Shown piece after piece: positions 8,492 through 16,957 of a stretch of 64,000 nucleotides of DNA. Within the stretch, counting starts at the first letter, position 1, and every line of letters starts with the position of its first letter. The position numbers and the translations under genes are program-made. The stretch comes from an uncultured Coriobacteriaceae bacterium (GTDB taxonomy: Bacteria; Actinomycetota; Coriobacteriia; Coriobacteriales; UMGS124): positions 13,847-77,846 of the forward strand of contig CAZUFB010000001.1 of NCBI GenBank assembly GCA_964619775.1, read 5' to 3'. A model generated the notes under the pieces. That model made no database searches. It was not told where the DNA came from and saw nothing but the letters and a program-made list of their open reading frames with translations.

Positions 8492-10018
8492 TTACCCCTC
8501 CCATACGAGGCGCAGGATGTCGTCGCGCGTCGCCACGCCGAGCTTTCGGTAGATGTTGTGGACGTGCGTGCGCACCGTGTTCGGGGAGATGAGCAGCTCG
8601 TCGGCTATGTAGGAGCTGCTGCGCCCCAAGGCAAGATGCCTCAGGATCTCGTCTTCGCGCCCGGTGAGGCCGTAGTCGGCGACAAGCCGGTCGCAGCGCC
8701 CTTCAAGCGTGGGACTCAGCGCGCCGAACCCGCGGTCGGCCCGGTGTGGGACGGCCGCGGCCTGCGCGGGCGCCACGGGCCCGTCCTGCACCGCGGGCAC
8801 CCCGCGTGCGAGGTCGTCGTCCCGGGGCCCGAGCCCCCGCACGATGGTGAAGGCAATCATGCCGGCCGCGTAGAGGGCGCTCGACACCACGACGATATCG
8901 TGCGTCGCGGCCCTGTCGATGCCTATGCGCGCACCGGCGACCTGGACGATCGCCGTGACGAGGCCGAACGTCCCTACGGTGAGCGACGACACAAGGTCTG
9001 CCGGGAACTCGGCGGCGTGCGCCATCCCCACGAGCGTGGCGAGCGCGAGCAGCGCCGCGGCGGTGTAGAGCACCATGACGAGGGAGACCTCCAGCGACGA
9101 GCCGCCGCCCACCGCCTCGTCCATGTAGTTCACGGCGAGCATGACTGCGGCGAGGATGGGGACGAACCCCCGATAGACGCCCTGCAGCAGCGGCCGGCGC
9201 AGGGGGAGCAGCACAATAAGCAGCAAAAACAGCGCCACAATCACCTGAATCGCAACATATTGCGGGTAGTCGTCGAAAAACTCCTCGCCGCGCAGGCTCA
9301 TGAACGCGGCGAACAGGACGAGTCCGATCGAGGGAACGAACGCGACGTCGAGAAAGGTGCGTACCGCAGACGCGCCGCCGTCGGGCCTGGCCGGCAGCCG
9401 TACAGGGGGGCGGTCGCGCCCCGTGCGCGCAAGCAGGAACGGCAGCGCCGTGCAGGCCAGCGAACATCCCATGAAGAGCGCGACGGCGCCGGTCTCGGGC
9501 ATCGCGAGCTGGGCCCAGCCGAGCAGGGCGGCGCCCACGGCCGACACCGCCACGACGACGATGGCGCGGCGCAGGTCGTACACGGCCAGGATGCGCCCCC
9601 ATGCCAGGCACTGGGCCACGTCTCCGGCCCCTATGAGGATGCCGGCGGCCGATGGCCCGGACGGCGGGAGCACATCGAGCGCCATCAGACAAAACCAGAG
9701 GTTGCCGGCGAGGTAGACCACGGCACCGAGGGCCATCGCGGTGCGCGAGCCGAGCGCCTTTTTGACCCGCATCGCGGGAAGCACCGAGGCGATGGCGGCG
9801 GCGGCGCCTAGTGCGGCGGCGGCGCGCGGCGTGGTGCCGAAAGCCTCGACGAGGTCGGGAAGGGCCGCAAACCGCTGGAACGGCATCGCGGCGGCCGAGT
9901 AGAGAAGCATCGTGGCGAGCAGGCATGCAAAGCCCGCCGTCGCCAGGACGTCGCGCAGGGTCACGGTGTCGAGAAAGCTCGGCCCGCGGTGCGGCGCTTC
10001 GTTCCGGTCGCTTGCCAT
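8492..10018 (-). CDS. Membrane-integrated LuxR-family transcriptional regulator
   Basis: Long polytopic N-terminal region, roughly 10 or more hydrophobic segments. C-terminal LuxR HTH: REDEILRHLALGRSSSYIADELLISPNTVRTHVHNIYRKLGV. Start MASDRNE (ATG 10018-10016) has a GAGGAAGGGG RBS. Confidence 0.85.
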   Translation of the reverse strand: MASDRNEAPHRGPSFLDTVTLRDVLATAGFACLLATMLLYSAAAMPFQRFAALPDLVEAFGTTPRAAAALGAAAAIASVLPAMRVKKALGSRTAMALGAVVYLAGNLWFCLMALDVLPPSGPSAAGILIGAGDVAQCLAWGRILAVYDLRRAIVVVAVSAVGAALLGWAQLAMPETGAVALFMGCSLACTALPFLLARTGRDRPPVRLPARPDGGASAVRTFLDVAFVPSIGLVLFAAFMSLRGEEFFDDYPQYVAIQVIVALFLLLIVLLPLRRPLLQGVYRGFVPILAAVMLAVNYMDEAVGGGSSLEVSLVMVLYTAAALLALATLVGMAHAAEFPADLVSSLTVGTFGLVTAIVQVAGARIGIDRAATHDIVVVSSALYAAGMIAFTIVRGLGPRDDDLARGVPAVQDGPVAPAQAAAVPHRADRGFGALSPTLEGRCDRLVADYGLTGREDEILRHLALGRSSSYIADELLISPNTVRTHVHNIYRKLGVATRDDILRLVWEG

Positions 10019-10071
10019 GCCCTTGGGCCCCTTCCTCTTGACAAGCCTTCCAAGCTGCGACTTTACCATAC

Positions 10072-10100
10072 TAAACGCCGTCTAAACGCCGTCTCAACGC
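10072..10100. promoter_or_regulatory. Tandem 11-mer direct repeat in the LuxR / flavoprotein divergent intergenic region (candidate regulator binding site)
   Basis: TAAACGCCGTC (10072-10082), TAAACGCCGTC (10083-10093) and a partial TCAACGC (10094-10100). It lies between the two divergent starts. Confidence 0.35.
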
Positions 10101-10133
10101 TTTGTCGGATGGTTTTTGCAGGTGGTCGGCGGC

Positions 10134-10139
10134 TATACT
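10134..10139 (+). promoter_or_regulatory. TATACT -10-like box upstream of the flavoprotein gene
   Basis: TATACT lies 94 nt upstream of ATG 10233. No good -35 is seen. Confidence 0.25.
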
Positions 10140-10232
10140 CGAACGAGTGCGTGGTGTCCTGCGGGCGAACGTCGCCCGCGGCACCTTACCGCATCTGTCC
10201 GCTCTTGTCTTTACCGACGAAAGGATGGAACC

Positions 10233-12161
10233 ATGAGCACTTCCAAGCCCCTGAGCCGCCGCAGCTTCCTTGCGACAGCCGCTACCGCCACCGCGGGCGT
10301 CGCCGCCGCCTCGGCCTTCGCGTCGACCGCCCTGGCCGACGAGGCCGACGAGGTCATCTTCGGCACCGAGATCACCTCAGACGGCCGCGTGAAGGGCTAC
10401 TGCGGCCCGGGCGACTGGCTGGGCACCGCCCCCGAGATCTCCGAGGACCAGATCAGCGCCACCTACGACGTCGACGTCGTGGTGCTGGGCGGCGGCCACT
10501 CGGGCCTCATGGCCACGCTGGGCGCCGTCGACGAGGGCTGCACCGTCGCCACCGTCGAGCAGCAGCCGTGGAGCTCCTTCGTCGACCTCGAGGGCACCGG
10601 CGCTAACATGAGCGGCTGGTACGGCGAGGACATCGGCCATGTCAACTCCCAGTTCCTCATCGACCGCGGCTTCGGCCCCTACAACACCGGTGAGATCGCG
10701 AGCGAGTTCTGCAAGCGCGCCGCCGGCCGCGTGAACCCCGACATCATCAAGGCCTTCGTTCAGAACTCCGGCGCGATGTTCGACCGCTACAAGGAGGTCT
10801 ACGACTCCTACGAGGCCGAGCGTCAGGAGAACGACTCCAACGTCTACCTGAGCGGCACCCAGGTCGTCATCGACGGCGAGCCGGTTGACGACGAAGGCTA
10901 CTTCGACATGTCCAACATGTTCGAGTACCCGCTGTGCAACACCCAAGCCGCCTGGTCGGGCGCCGATGTCGAATACCCCATCGAGTGCGGCGGCTACAAG
11001 ACCTGGCCCTGCAACGCCATGTTCTACGGTTACCACGGCAACGATATCGAGTGGGTTCACAAGTACATCGTCCAGTATACGCAGGAGAACGGTGCGACCT
11101 GGTACTTCGAACACACCGGCCAGGTCCTCGTCCAGAACGAGGACGGCGACGTGACCGGCCTTATCGCCACCGACGCCGACGGCAACTACGTCCAGTTCAA
11201 CGCCGCCAAGGGCGTCATCCTGTGCTCGGGCGACTTCATCGGCGACCCGGCCATGTGCTGGGCGCTGCTCAACGAGGGCATGGAGTGGGGAGAGCGCGAC
11301 GGCTCGACCGCCGACGACTGGACGAGCGCCGGTTCGCGCTCCGGCGCCGGCCACAAGATGGGCATATGGGCGGGCGGCATGATCGAGCCCTCCCCGCGCG
11401 GCTGGATGGGTCTCGGCGGCGCCGCCAGCGGACCCTGGGGCACGGCGCCGCTCTACGTGTGCAACGTCGAGGGCAACCGCTTCTGCAACGAGGGCGCCAT
11501 CCCGCAGCTCACGCCCGTGTGCCTGCGCCAGCCTTCCGGCCTCGCCGCCTGGGTCTCCGACGCCAACTGGCAGCAGACCGTGGGCGCGGCCCCGCTCGAC
11601 CACGGCGCACCCAACTTCGGCATGGACGACTACATGGTCCAGCTTGAGGCCGGCATGGACGCCGTCGAGATCGGCAACGCCGAGGGCACGTTCGTCATCG
11701 GCGCCAACCTCGCCGAGCGCAAGATGATGGGCGGCACCGTCTACGGCGCCGAGACCCTTGACGAGCTGGCCGACATGCTCGGCTACGCCGACGAGGCCAA
11801 GGAGAACTTCCTCTCCTCCATCGAGCACTACAACGAGCTGTGCTACTCCGAGGACGGCGACACCGACTACGGCAAGGACAAGGCGTACATGGTGCCGATC
11901 GACACCCCGCCGTTCTACGGCGGCACTGGCAGCCTGAGCCACAGTTCGCGCCCCTCCATGGTCACGATGAGCGGCCTCATCACCGACGGCAGCCAGAACG
12001 TGCTGGACACCTCGTGGAACCCCATCAAGGGTCTCTATGCGGCGGGCAACTGCCTTGGCGGCCGTTACGGCATCGGCTACAGCACCCCGTTTGCCGGCAA
12101 CTCGGTGGGCATGGCCATGACCCACGGCTGGCTTGCCGGCCACACCGTCGGCCAGCTCTAA
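10233..12161 (+). CDS. Tat-exported FAD-dependent oxidoreductase (fumarate-reductase/urocanate-reductase-like flavoprotein)
   Basis: Twin-arginine signal MSTSKPLSRRSFLATAATATAGVAAASAFASTALA. Dinucleotide fold DVDVVVLGGGHSGLMATLGA and C-terminal FAD motif GLYAAGNCLGGRYG. 642 aa, with AAAGGATGG RBS. Confidence 0.8.
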   Translation: MSTSKPLSRRSFLATAATATAGVAAASAFASTALADEADEVIFGTEITSDGRVKGYCGPGDWLGTAPEISEDQISATYDVDVVVLGGGHSGLMATLGAVDEGCTVATVEQQPWSSFVDLEGTGANMSGWYGEDIGHVNSQFLIDRGFGPYNTGEIASEFCKRAAGRVNPDIIKAFVQNSGAMFDRYKEVYDSYEAERQENDSNVYLSGTQVVIDGEPVDDEGYFDMSNMFEYPLCNTQAAWSGADVEYPIECGGYKTWPCNAMFYGYHGNDIEWVHKYIVQYTQENGATWYFEHTGQVLVQNEDGDVTGLIATDADGNYVQFNAAKGVILCSGDFIGDPAMCWALLNEGMEWGERDGSTADDWTSAGSRSGAGHKMGIWAGGMIEPSPRGWMGLGGAASGPWGTAPLYVCNVEGNRFCNEGAIPQLTPVCLRQPSGLAAWVSDANWQQTVGAAPLDHGAPNFGMDDYMVQLEAGMDAVEIGNAEGTFVIGANLAERKMMGGTVYGAETLDELADMLGYADEAKENFLSSIEHYNELCYSEDGDTDYGKDKAYMVPIDTPPFYGGTGSLSHSSRPSMVTMSGLITDGSQNVLDTSWNPIKGLYAAGNCLGGRYGIGYSTPFAGNSVGMAMTHGWLAGHTVGQL

Positions 12162-12277
12162 GTCCGCAGCCTGCGGGCAACATGCAATCAGGTTCGAGCC
12201 TCTATATAGTCTGTATGGGATAGATGGCTAATGTTGGTTGCATAGACGGCTTGGGTTAAGCTTCTCATGTTACCGAG

Positions 12278-12324
12278 CGCGCGGTGCGCCGGCCTCTACG
12301 GGTCCAGCGCGCCGCGCGTGTTTT
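12278..12324 (+). terminator. Rho-independent-type terminator about 115 nt downstream of the flavoprotein gene
   Basis: CGCGCGGTGCGC (12278-12289) pairs with GCGCGCCGCGCG (12307-12318) with one mismatch. 17-nt loop, followed by TGTTTT. Confidence 0.45.
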
Positions 12325-12457
12325 CGGCGTGGACTGCTGCCGGCATGTCGGAACCTGTCTTTTGGCGTTCTGCACCGCGCAGCGCCGTCCCCGTCTTTTT
12401 GGTTTTTGCAAGGTGCGCCCTCATGCGGCGCGGCGTCGAGATTGGAGCGCGGCACCT

Positions 12458-13594
12458 ATGGATTTGACCCGCGACTTGGCCGTATACGTCGCCTTCCCAT
12501 GCACGTTGAAAACACCGGCCTACGGGGCGGGGCAGCCTTACGTGGCCGACAGCGCGGCCAAGGCCGCCTATGTGGACGCCGTGGCCGCAGAGCTCGCCGC
12601 GCTCGACGACGAGCTGCGCGCCCGTCCCGTGACGGCGGTGCGCCTGGGCGGAGGCGCGAGCATCATGAAGGCCGACAAGGTGTGCAAGCTTGTACGCGAC
12701 GTGCGCAAGACGTTGAACGTCAAACCGCGGGCAGAGGTCTCCATCGAGGTAAACCCCCTGACGGTGTGCACCCCGAGCCTTACCGACTGGACGAGCTGCC
12801 ATGTCACGCGTGTGAACCTGGTCGTCGAAAGCGTGTTCGACGACGAGCTCAAGGCGCTTGGCGCAAGCCATACCCGCGACGACATCCAAAACGCGATGCT
12901 CTTCCTGCAGAAGTTCCATGTGGGGCGCGTCGATGCGCGGCTGCGTTACGGCTTGCCGGGCCAGACCAGCTCCTCGTGGAGGAAGTCGCTGCTCACGGTT
13001 GCCGACCTGGGGGTTGCGCACATCACGGTGCGCCCTCTTGTCGAGGCGGACGCCGCGAAGGCCTCTGGCCTTCCTTCCCGCGAGGAGAGGCGCGCGATGT
13101 ACGACCTGGCTTGCGAGGTGCTGGGCAAGGCCGGCTACACCGAGTACCTGGTGGGTATGTTCACCAGCAAAGATGCCCCCCACGCGCAGGACGGCTACGA
13201 GACCGCGTTGCGCCGCGGTGCCGACCGCCTTGCCCTGGGTGCCGGTGCAAGCAGCTCCTACGACGGCTTTCTTTATGAGAACGCGTCGGGCTTCGAGGCC
13301 TATCTGCAGAGTTCCGCGGACTTCGCGGCCCTTGTGCGCAACCCGCGCCGCGAGGGGGACGACGCACGCCAGGTCCGCCTGATGGAAGGCGCGCTCGACC
13401 TGCTCGGTTCCACTGCGGCGGCCGTGACCGCAGGCGAGGGGGCGAGTGCCTCCTTGGAGCCTGCCGCTCAAGCATGGCTTGACGGTCTTGCTTCGGCTGG
13501 CCGTGTGGAGCCTGCCGCCGACGGAGGTTGGAGGCTCACCGGTCTGGGTCGCTTTGAGCGCAACGAGGAGCTGGGCGCGGCGGTTGCCCTGTAA
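12458..13594 (+). CDS. HemN/HemW-like (coproporphyrinogen-III-oxidase-like radical SAM family) protein lacking the CxxxCxxC motif
   Basis: Family blocks VRLGGGASIM (GGGTP-like), EVSIEVNP, VTRVNLVVESVFDDELKALGASHTRDD and LRYGLPGQT. The expected cluster motif position reads VYVAFPCTLKTPAYGAG, with a single Cys. Confidence 0.6.
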   Translation: MDLTRDLAVYVAFPCTLKTPAYGAGQPYVADSAAKAAYVDAVAAELAALDDELRARPVTAVRLGGGASIMKADKVCKLVRDVRKTLNVKPRAEVSIEVNPLTVCTPSLTDWTSCHVTRVNLVVESVFDDELKALGASHTRDDIQNAMLFLQKFHVGRVDARLRYGLPGQTSSSWRKSLLTVADLGVAHITVRPLVEADAAKASGLPSREERRAMYDLACEVLGKAGYTEYLVGMFTSKDAPHAQDGYETALRRGADRLALGAGASSSYDGFLYENASGFEAYLQSSADFAALVRNPRREGDDARQVRLMEGALDLLGSTAAAVTAGEGASASLEPAAQAWLDGLASAGRVEPAADGGWRLTGLGRFERNEELGAAVAL

Positions 13595-13690
13595 GGAGCG
13601 GGTTTGGCCTCCGGGCGGGTCTGCCGGGCGTACAACACTTGATGCGCGTCTGTACGCCGTGTCCGCAATCCCGTCGAAAGGAGACATGCC

Positions 13691-14305
13691 GTGCCCTCGA
13701 CGATCCCCCTGCTGTTGCATGCCTGCTGCGGGCCGTGCTCTCTCGAGCCTGTGCGCATTTTGCGGGAACAGGGCTACGACGTCACCGTGGCCTACGTGAA
13801 CCCCAACATCCAGCCTGCGGACGAATACGCACGCCGCCTTTCCACCCTGCGTGCATGGGCCGCAGAGGCGGGCGTGCCCGTGGTGGAAGGCCTCTGCGAC
13901 CGCGCGGCGTGGGAGCGCGAAGCGGCACCCTGGGGAACCAACCGAGCGGCCCGCTGTGCCGCCTGCTATCGGCTGCGCCTGCGCGAGGCGGCCCGCATGG
14001 CGGCCGACGCGGGGTTTGCGTTCGTATCGACCACCTTGGCCGTGTCCCCTTACCAGCTGTTCGAGGTGTGCGGCCGCGAACTGGTGCGGGCAGCGGCCGA
14101 GCGGGGGCTCTCCCCGGTGTGGCAGGACTTTCGCCCCTGCTACCCCCAGGCCACGGCTCGTTCCAAAGAGCTGGGCATGTACCGGCAGAACTACTGCGGG
14201 TGCCGCTTCTCTGCCGCCGAGGCCGCCGTCGAGCGCACCCGGGCCCGCGAGAACCGGCGCCTGTGTCGCGACGTCGGGCGCGCGGGGAACTATCTGTCCT
14301 GGTAA
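13691..14305 (+). CDS. queH: Epoxyqueuosine reductase QueH (DUF208)
   Basis: GTG start with AAAGGAG RBS. LLLHACCGPCS, ARCAACYRLRL, TTLAVSPYQ and RQNYCGCRFS cysteine motifs are typical of QueH. Confidence 0.8.
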   Translation: MPSTIPLLLHACCGPCSLEPVRILREQGYDVTVAYVNPNIQPADEYARRLSTLRAWAAEAGVPVVEGLCDRAAWEREAAPWGTNRAARCAACYRLRLREAARMAADAGFAFVSTTLAVSPYQLFEVCGRELVRAAAERGLSPVWQDFRPCYPQATARSKELGMYRQNYCGCRFSAAEAAVERTRARENRRLCRDVGRAGNYLSW

Positions 14306-14387
14306 AATAGCAATAATGGTTCCTCACCTTTTAGCCGTCGTGCTCTTTGATGGGGTGCCGCGGAATCCTAGACCACGGTAGGCGACG

Positions 14388-15113
14388 ATGTCCCTTTATG
14401 AACTTGCCATAGTCGACGACCAGGTCGACCAAACCGACGCGTTGGCCGAGACGGTCGGGTCCTTGGCGCACGACGACGGCTCGCAGTTCCGTATCACGCG
14501 CTTCACCGACGCGGGGAGGTTCGTCTCCTGGCTCGACGAAGGCGGTCGGCCCGACATCGTGCTGATGGACATCATGCTCGGCGGCGGCCGCCGCGAGGGC
14601 ATCGACCTGGCAGGAGAGCTGAACCTCAAGGTGCCCGGCGCGCAGGTCGTCTTTGTGACGGGCTACATCGAATGCTGCACGGCGGTGTACGAGACCGACC
14701 ACGTTTACTTTCTCACCAAGCCGGTCAACCCCGACGACCTGCGCCGTGCCCTGCGTAAAGCCGTGCAAGCCGTCGAAAAGCGGCGGCGCGACCGCATCGA
14801 GATACGGTTCAAAGGCAGAAGTTCGCTTCTCGACGTGAACATGATCGACTTCATCGAGTCGGCGGGCCGCAAGGTGCGCATCCACTGCCTCTACGGCGAG
14901 ATTGACACCTATGCACGCCTCGGCGAGCTGAGCGAGCGCCTCCCCGCCTCGTTCGTGCGTTGCCACAAGAGCTTCATCGTGAACCTCGCCCGGGTGGCGT
15001 CGTTCGGCTCCGAGCTCCTGGTACTGCGTTCGGGCGCGGAGGTCCCCGTGAGCAAAAGCCGCCAGAAGGAGACCCGCGCCGCCTGGGACCGCCATCTGCT
15101 CGAAACGCTGTAG
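14388..15113 (+). CDS. LytTR-family response regulator (AgrA-like)
   Basis: Receiver domain (AIVDDQ..., DIVLMDIML, VVFVTGY, YFLTKP) plus a C-terminal LytTR block (IDFIESAGRKVRIHCLYGEIDTYARLGELSERLPASFVRCHKSFIVNL). Confidence 0.85.
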   Translation: MSLYELAIVDDQVDQTDALAETVGSLAHDDGSQFRITRFTDAGRFVSWLDEGGRPDIVLMDIMLGGGRREGIDLAGELNLKVPGAQVVFVTGYIECCTAVYETDHVYFLTKPVNPDDLRRALRKAVQAVEKRRRDRIEIRFKGRSSLLDVNMIDFIESAGRKVRIHCLYGEIDTYARLGELSERLPASFVRCHKSFIVNLARVASFGSELLVLRSGAEVPVSKSRQKETRAAWDRHLLETL

Positions 15114-15128
15114 GCCGGGAGACCGGTT

Positions 15129-16040
15129 GTGGACACCGTCGCGGTCAACGCCGCCCTCGACGCGCTCGGTCGCCTGCCGGGATGGCTGATATGGGGCTGG
15201 TTCTGGTCGAAGGTGCTGGATATGCGCGGTGGCGACCGCCTTCACTGGGTGCTGTGGACGGCTCTGTGGCTGCTGCAGTCGGTGCGCATGCCGGCGATGG
15301 GCACGGGCTCCCCCGAGTCGGTCCTCTACTTTGCGGTCCAGTGCGTCGCGTATCCCCTCCTCATGTCGCGCGACGGGCTGTGGTACCGGGTTTTCGTGCT
15401 CGCCTTGACGACCATCGCCAGCATCGCGGTGGAGCTGCTGGCGGTACTGACGGCGCTGGCTTGCGGGATCGTCATGCCGTCCGACTTCCGCGACGTGCTC
15501 GACCATCCTTTGGCCTATGCCCTGTGCATGGTGTTCATCACGCTGTTGCTGGCGTTCTCCTTCTCGATGCTTTATATAATTTTGGCGCGTATATCCCACC
15601 GCCGGGCCAACCCGGTGCCGCGCTTCTTCGGCCCCGCCCTGCTTGCCCAGTTCGGCATGATCGCCGCGATGGTCGCCGTCGCCGAGTACTTTGCATGGGG
15701 CAACGGTGTGGTTCTGCTGGCAGCCTGCCTGTTCGCGCTCGTCAACATTGCCGCCGACGCGTTCATCCTGATGTCCGCCTTCTGCGCCAACGCCGCGTGG
15801 GAGCAGAGGTTGCGCTCAAAGCGGTTGCGGTCCCGGCTCGACGCGGCCTTGGGGCACTTCCGCGGCCTGGCCGGCGAGGTGCAGGCGGTGGCGCGCTTCC
15901 GCCACGACCTGCGCGACGAGCTGCAGACGGTGGCGGCCCTGGTGCGCCGGGGGGACTACGTGCGCGCGGAGGCGCTGGTAGACGAGCTGCAGGGTCGTCT
16001 CGACGGTTCGGGAGGCCCGGCGCGGGAAGACGGGGCATGA
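15129..16040 (+). CDS. AgrC-like sensor + DHp (H-box) membrane protein without ATPase domain, paralog 1
   Basis: GTG start 15 nt after the regulator gene. 6-7 hydrophobic segments, then AAWEQRLR...VARFRHDLRDELQTVAALVRRGDYVRAEALVDEL (His codon 15903-15905). The protein ends 44 residues after the His, and no N/G1/G2 boxes are present. Confidence 0.65.
   Translation: MDTVAVNAALDALGRLPGWLIWGWFWSKVLDMRGGDRLHWVLWTALWLLQSVRMPAMGTGSPESVLYFAVQCVAYPLLMSRDGLWYRVFVLALTTIASIAVELLAVLTALACGIVMPSDFRDVLDHPLAYALCMVFITLLLAFSFSMLYIILARISHRRANPVPRFFGPALLAQFGMIAAMVAVAEYFAWGNGVVLLAACLFALVNIAADAFILMSAFCANAAWEQRLRSKRLRSRLDAALGHFRGLAGEVQAVARFRHDLRDELQTVAALVRRGDYVRAEALVDELQGRLDGSGGPAREDGA
15837..15979 (+). repeat. 143-bp block, 142/143 identical to 16762-16904 (3' DHp-coding part of paralog 1)
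   Basis: Aligned base by base. The only difference is GGC vs GAC (Gly/Asp). Flanking coding sequence of the two paralogs is much more diverged. Confidence 0.9.
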
Positions 16041-16056
16041 GACGGAAGGGGGGCTC

Positions 16057-16956
16057 ATGGACATCGCGACTGCCAATGCCCTGCTCGACGCGTTAGGCCG
16101 TCTGCCGGCGTGGCTGGTGATGGGATTTTTCTGGTGGAAGGTTCTTGAGGTGCGCGGCACGCGCCTTTTCTGGGTGCTGTGGATGGCGCTGTGGGTGGAG
16201 CAGTCCGTCCGCATGCCGGCTGCGCCGCCTGGAACGGTCGAGGCGGCCCTTCAGCTCGTCTTCCAGCTGGTGGTCTTCCCGCTCGTCGTGGCGCGCAACG
16301 CCCTGTGGTACCGGATTCTCACCCTGGTCACGACGGGTATCGTCATGCTCATGGCCGAAATGCTGACGACCCTGCTGGTTCCGTTGATAGGCGTCCAGGT
16401 ATCCATCGACTTCCGCAACGTTCTTGGCCACCCGCTGCAGTATGCCGTGGGCGAGACGATGTTTACCCTGGTGTATGCGTTGCTTCTCTACCTGCTATAC
16501 CTGGCATTGACGAGGGCGGCTAGACAGCAGTCCAACCCGGCGCTCCGCTATTTCGGGCTGGGGCTCTTCGCCCAGCTCGCCGTCACGACCACGATGGTGT
16601 CGGTGGCCGAGTACTTCGCGTGGGGCAACCAGGTGATCCTGGTGGGCGCATGCGTGTTCGCCTTCGTCAACATCACCGCCGACGCGCTCATACTCGCGCT
16701 GGTGGGGAGGGCCAACGCCGCCTGGGAGCAGCGCGTGCGGGCAGACGGGCTGCGAGCGCGCCTCGACGCGGCCTTGGGGCACTTCCGCGACCTGGCCGGC
16801 GAGGTGCAGGCGGTGGCGCGCTTCCGCCACGACCTGCGCGACGAGCTGCAGACGGTGGCGGCCCTGGTGCGCCGGGGGGACTACGTGCGCGCGGAGGCGC
16901 TGGTCGGCGAGCTCGAGGCGCGGCTCGGGGAGCGGGCGTCCGAAGGAGGTGCATAG
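16057..16956 (+). CDS. AgrC-like sensor + DHp (H-box) membrane protein without ATPase domain, paralog 2
   Basis: Same architecture as 15129-16040. The N-termini align (MDIATANALLDALGRLPAWLV vs MDTVAVNAALDALGRLPGWLI). Identical H-box RFRHDLRDELQ (His codon 16828-16830). No ATPase motifs. Confidence 0.65.
   Translation: MDIATANALLDALGRLPAWLVMGFFWWKVLEVRGTRLFWVLWMALWVEQSVRMPAAPPGTVEAALQLVFQLVVFPLVVARNALWYRILTLVTTGIVMLMAEMLTTLLVPLIGVQVSIDFRNVLGHPLQYAVGETMFTLVYALLLYLLYLALTRAARQQSNPALRYFGLGLFAQLAVTTTMVSVAEYFAWGNQVILVGACVFAFVNITADALILALVGRANAAWEQRVRADGLRARLDAALGHFRDLAGEVQAVARFRHDLRDELQTVAALVRRGDYVRAEALVGELEARLGERASEGGA
16762..16904 (+). repeat. 143-bp block, 142/143 identical to 15837-15979 (3' DHp-coding part of paralog 2)
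   Basis: See the partner repeat. Confidence 0.9.
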
Positions 16957-16957
16957 C

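Noticed and set aside
10072-10100. Short direct repeats here, at 59482-59545 and at the 143-bp pair, considered as CRISPR arrays.
   Set aside because: There are only two to three copies, with no regular repeat-spacer periodicity and no cas genes. The 143-bp pair is within coding sequence of paralogs.
12191-12200. GGTTCGAGCC, resembling a tRNA T-loop. Considered as a tRNA gene or a tRNA-derived att site.
   Set aside because: The flanks do not form a T-stem, acceptor stem or anticodon arm. No integrase or repeat partner is nearby.
13595-13690. preQ1 riboswitch upstream of queH.
   Set aside because: The 96-nt spacer has only a small CGTACA/TGTACG hairpin. It has nothing resembling the preQ1-I consensus with its A-rich tail as I remember it.
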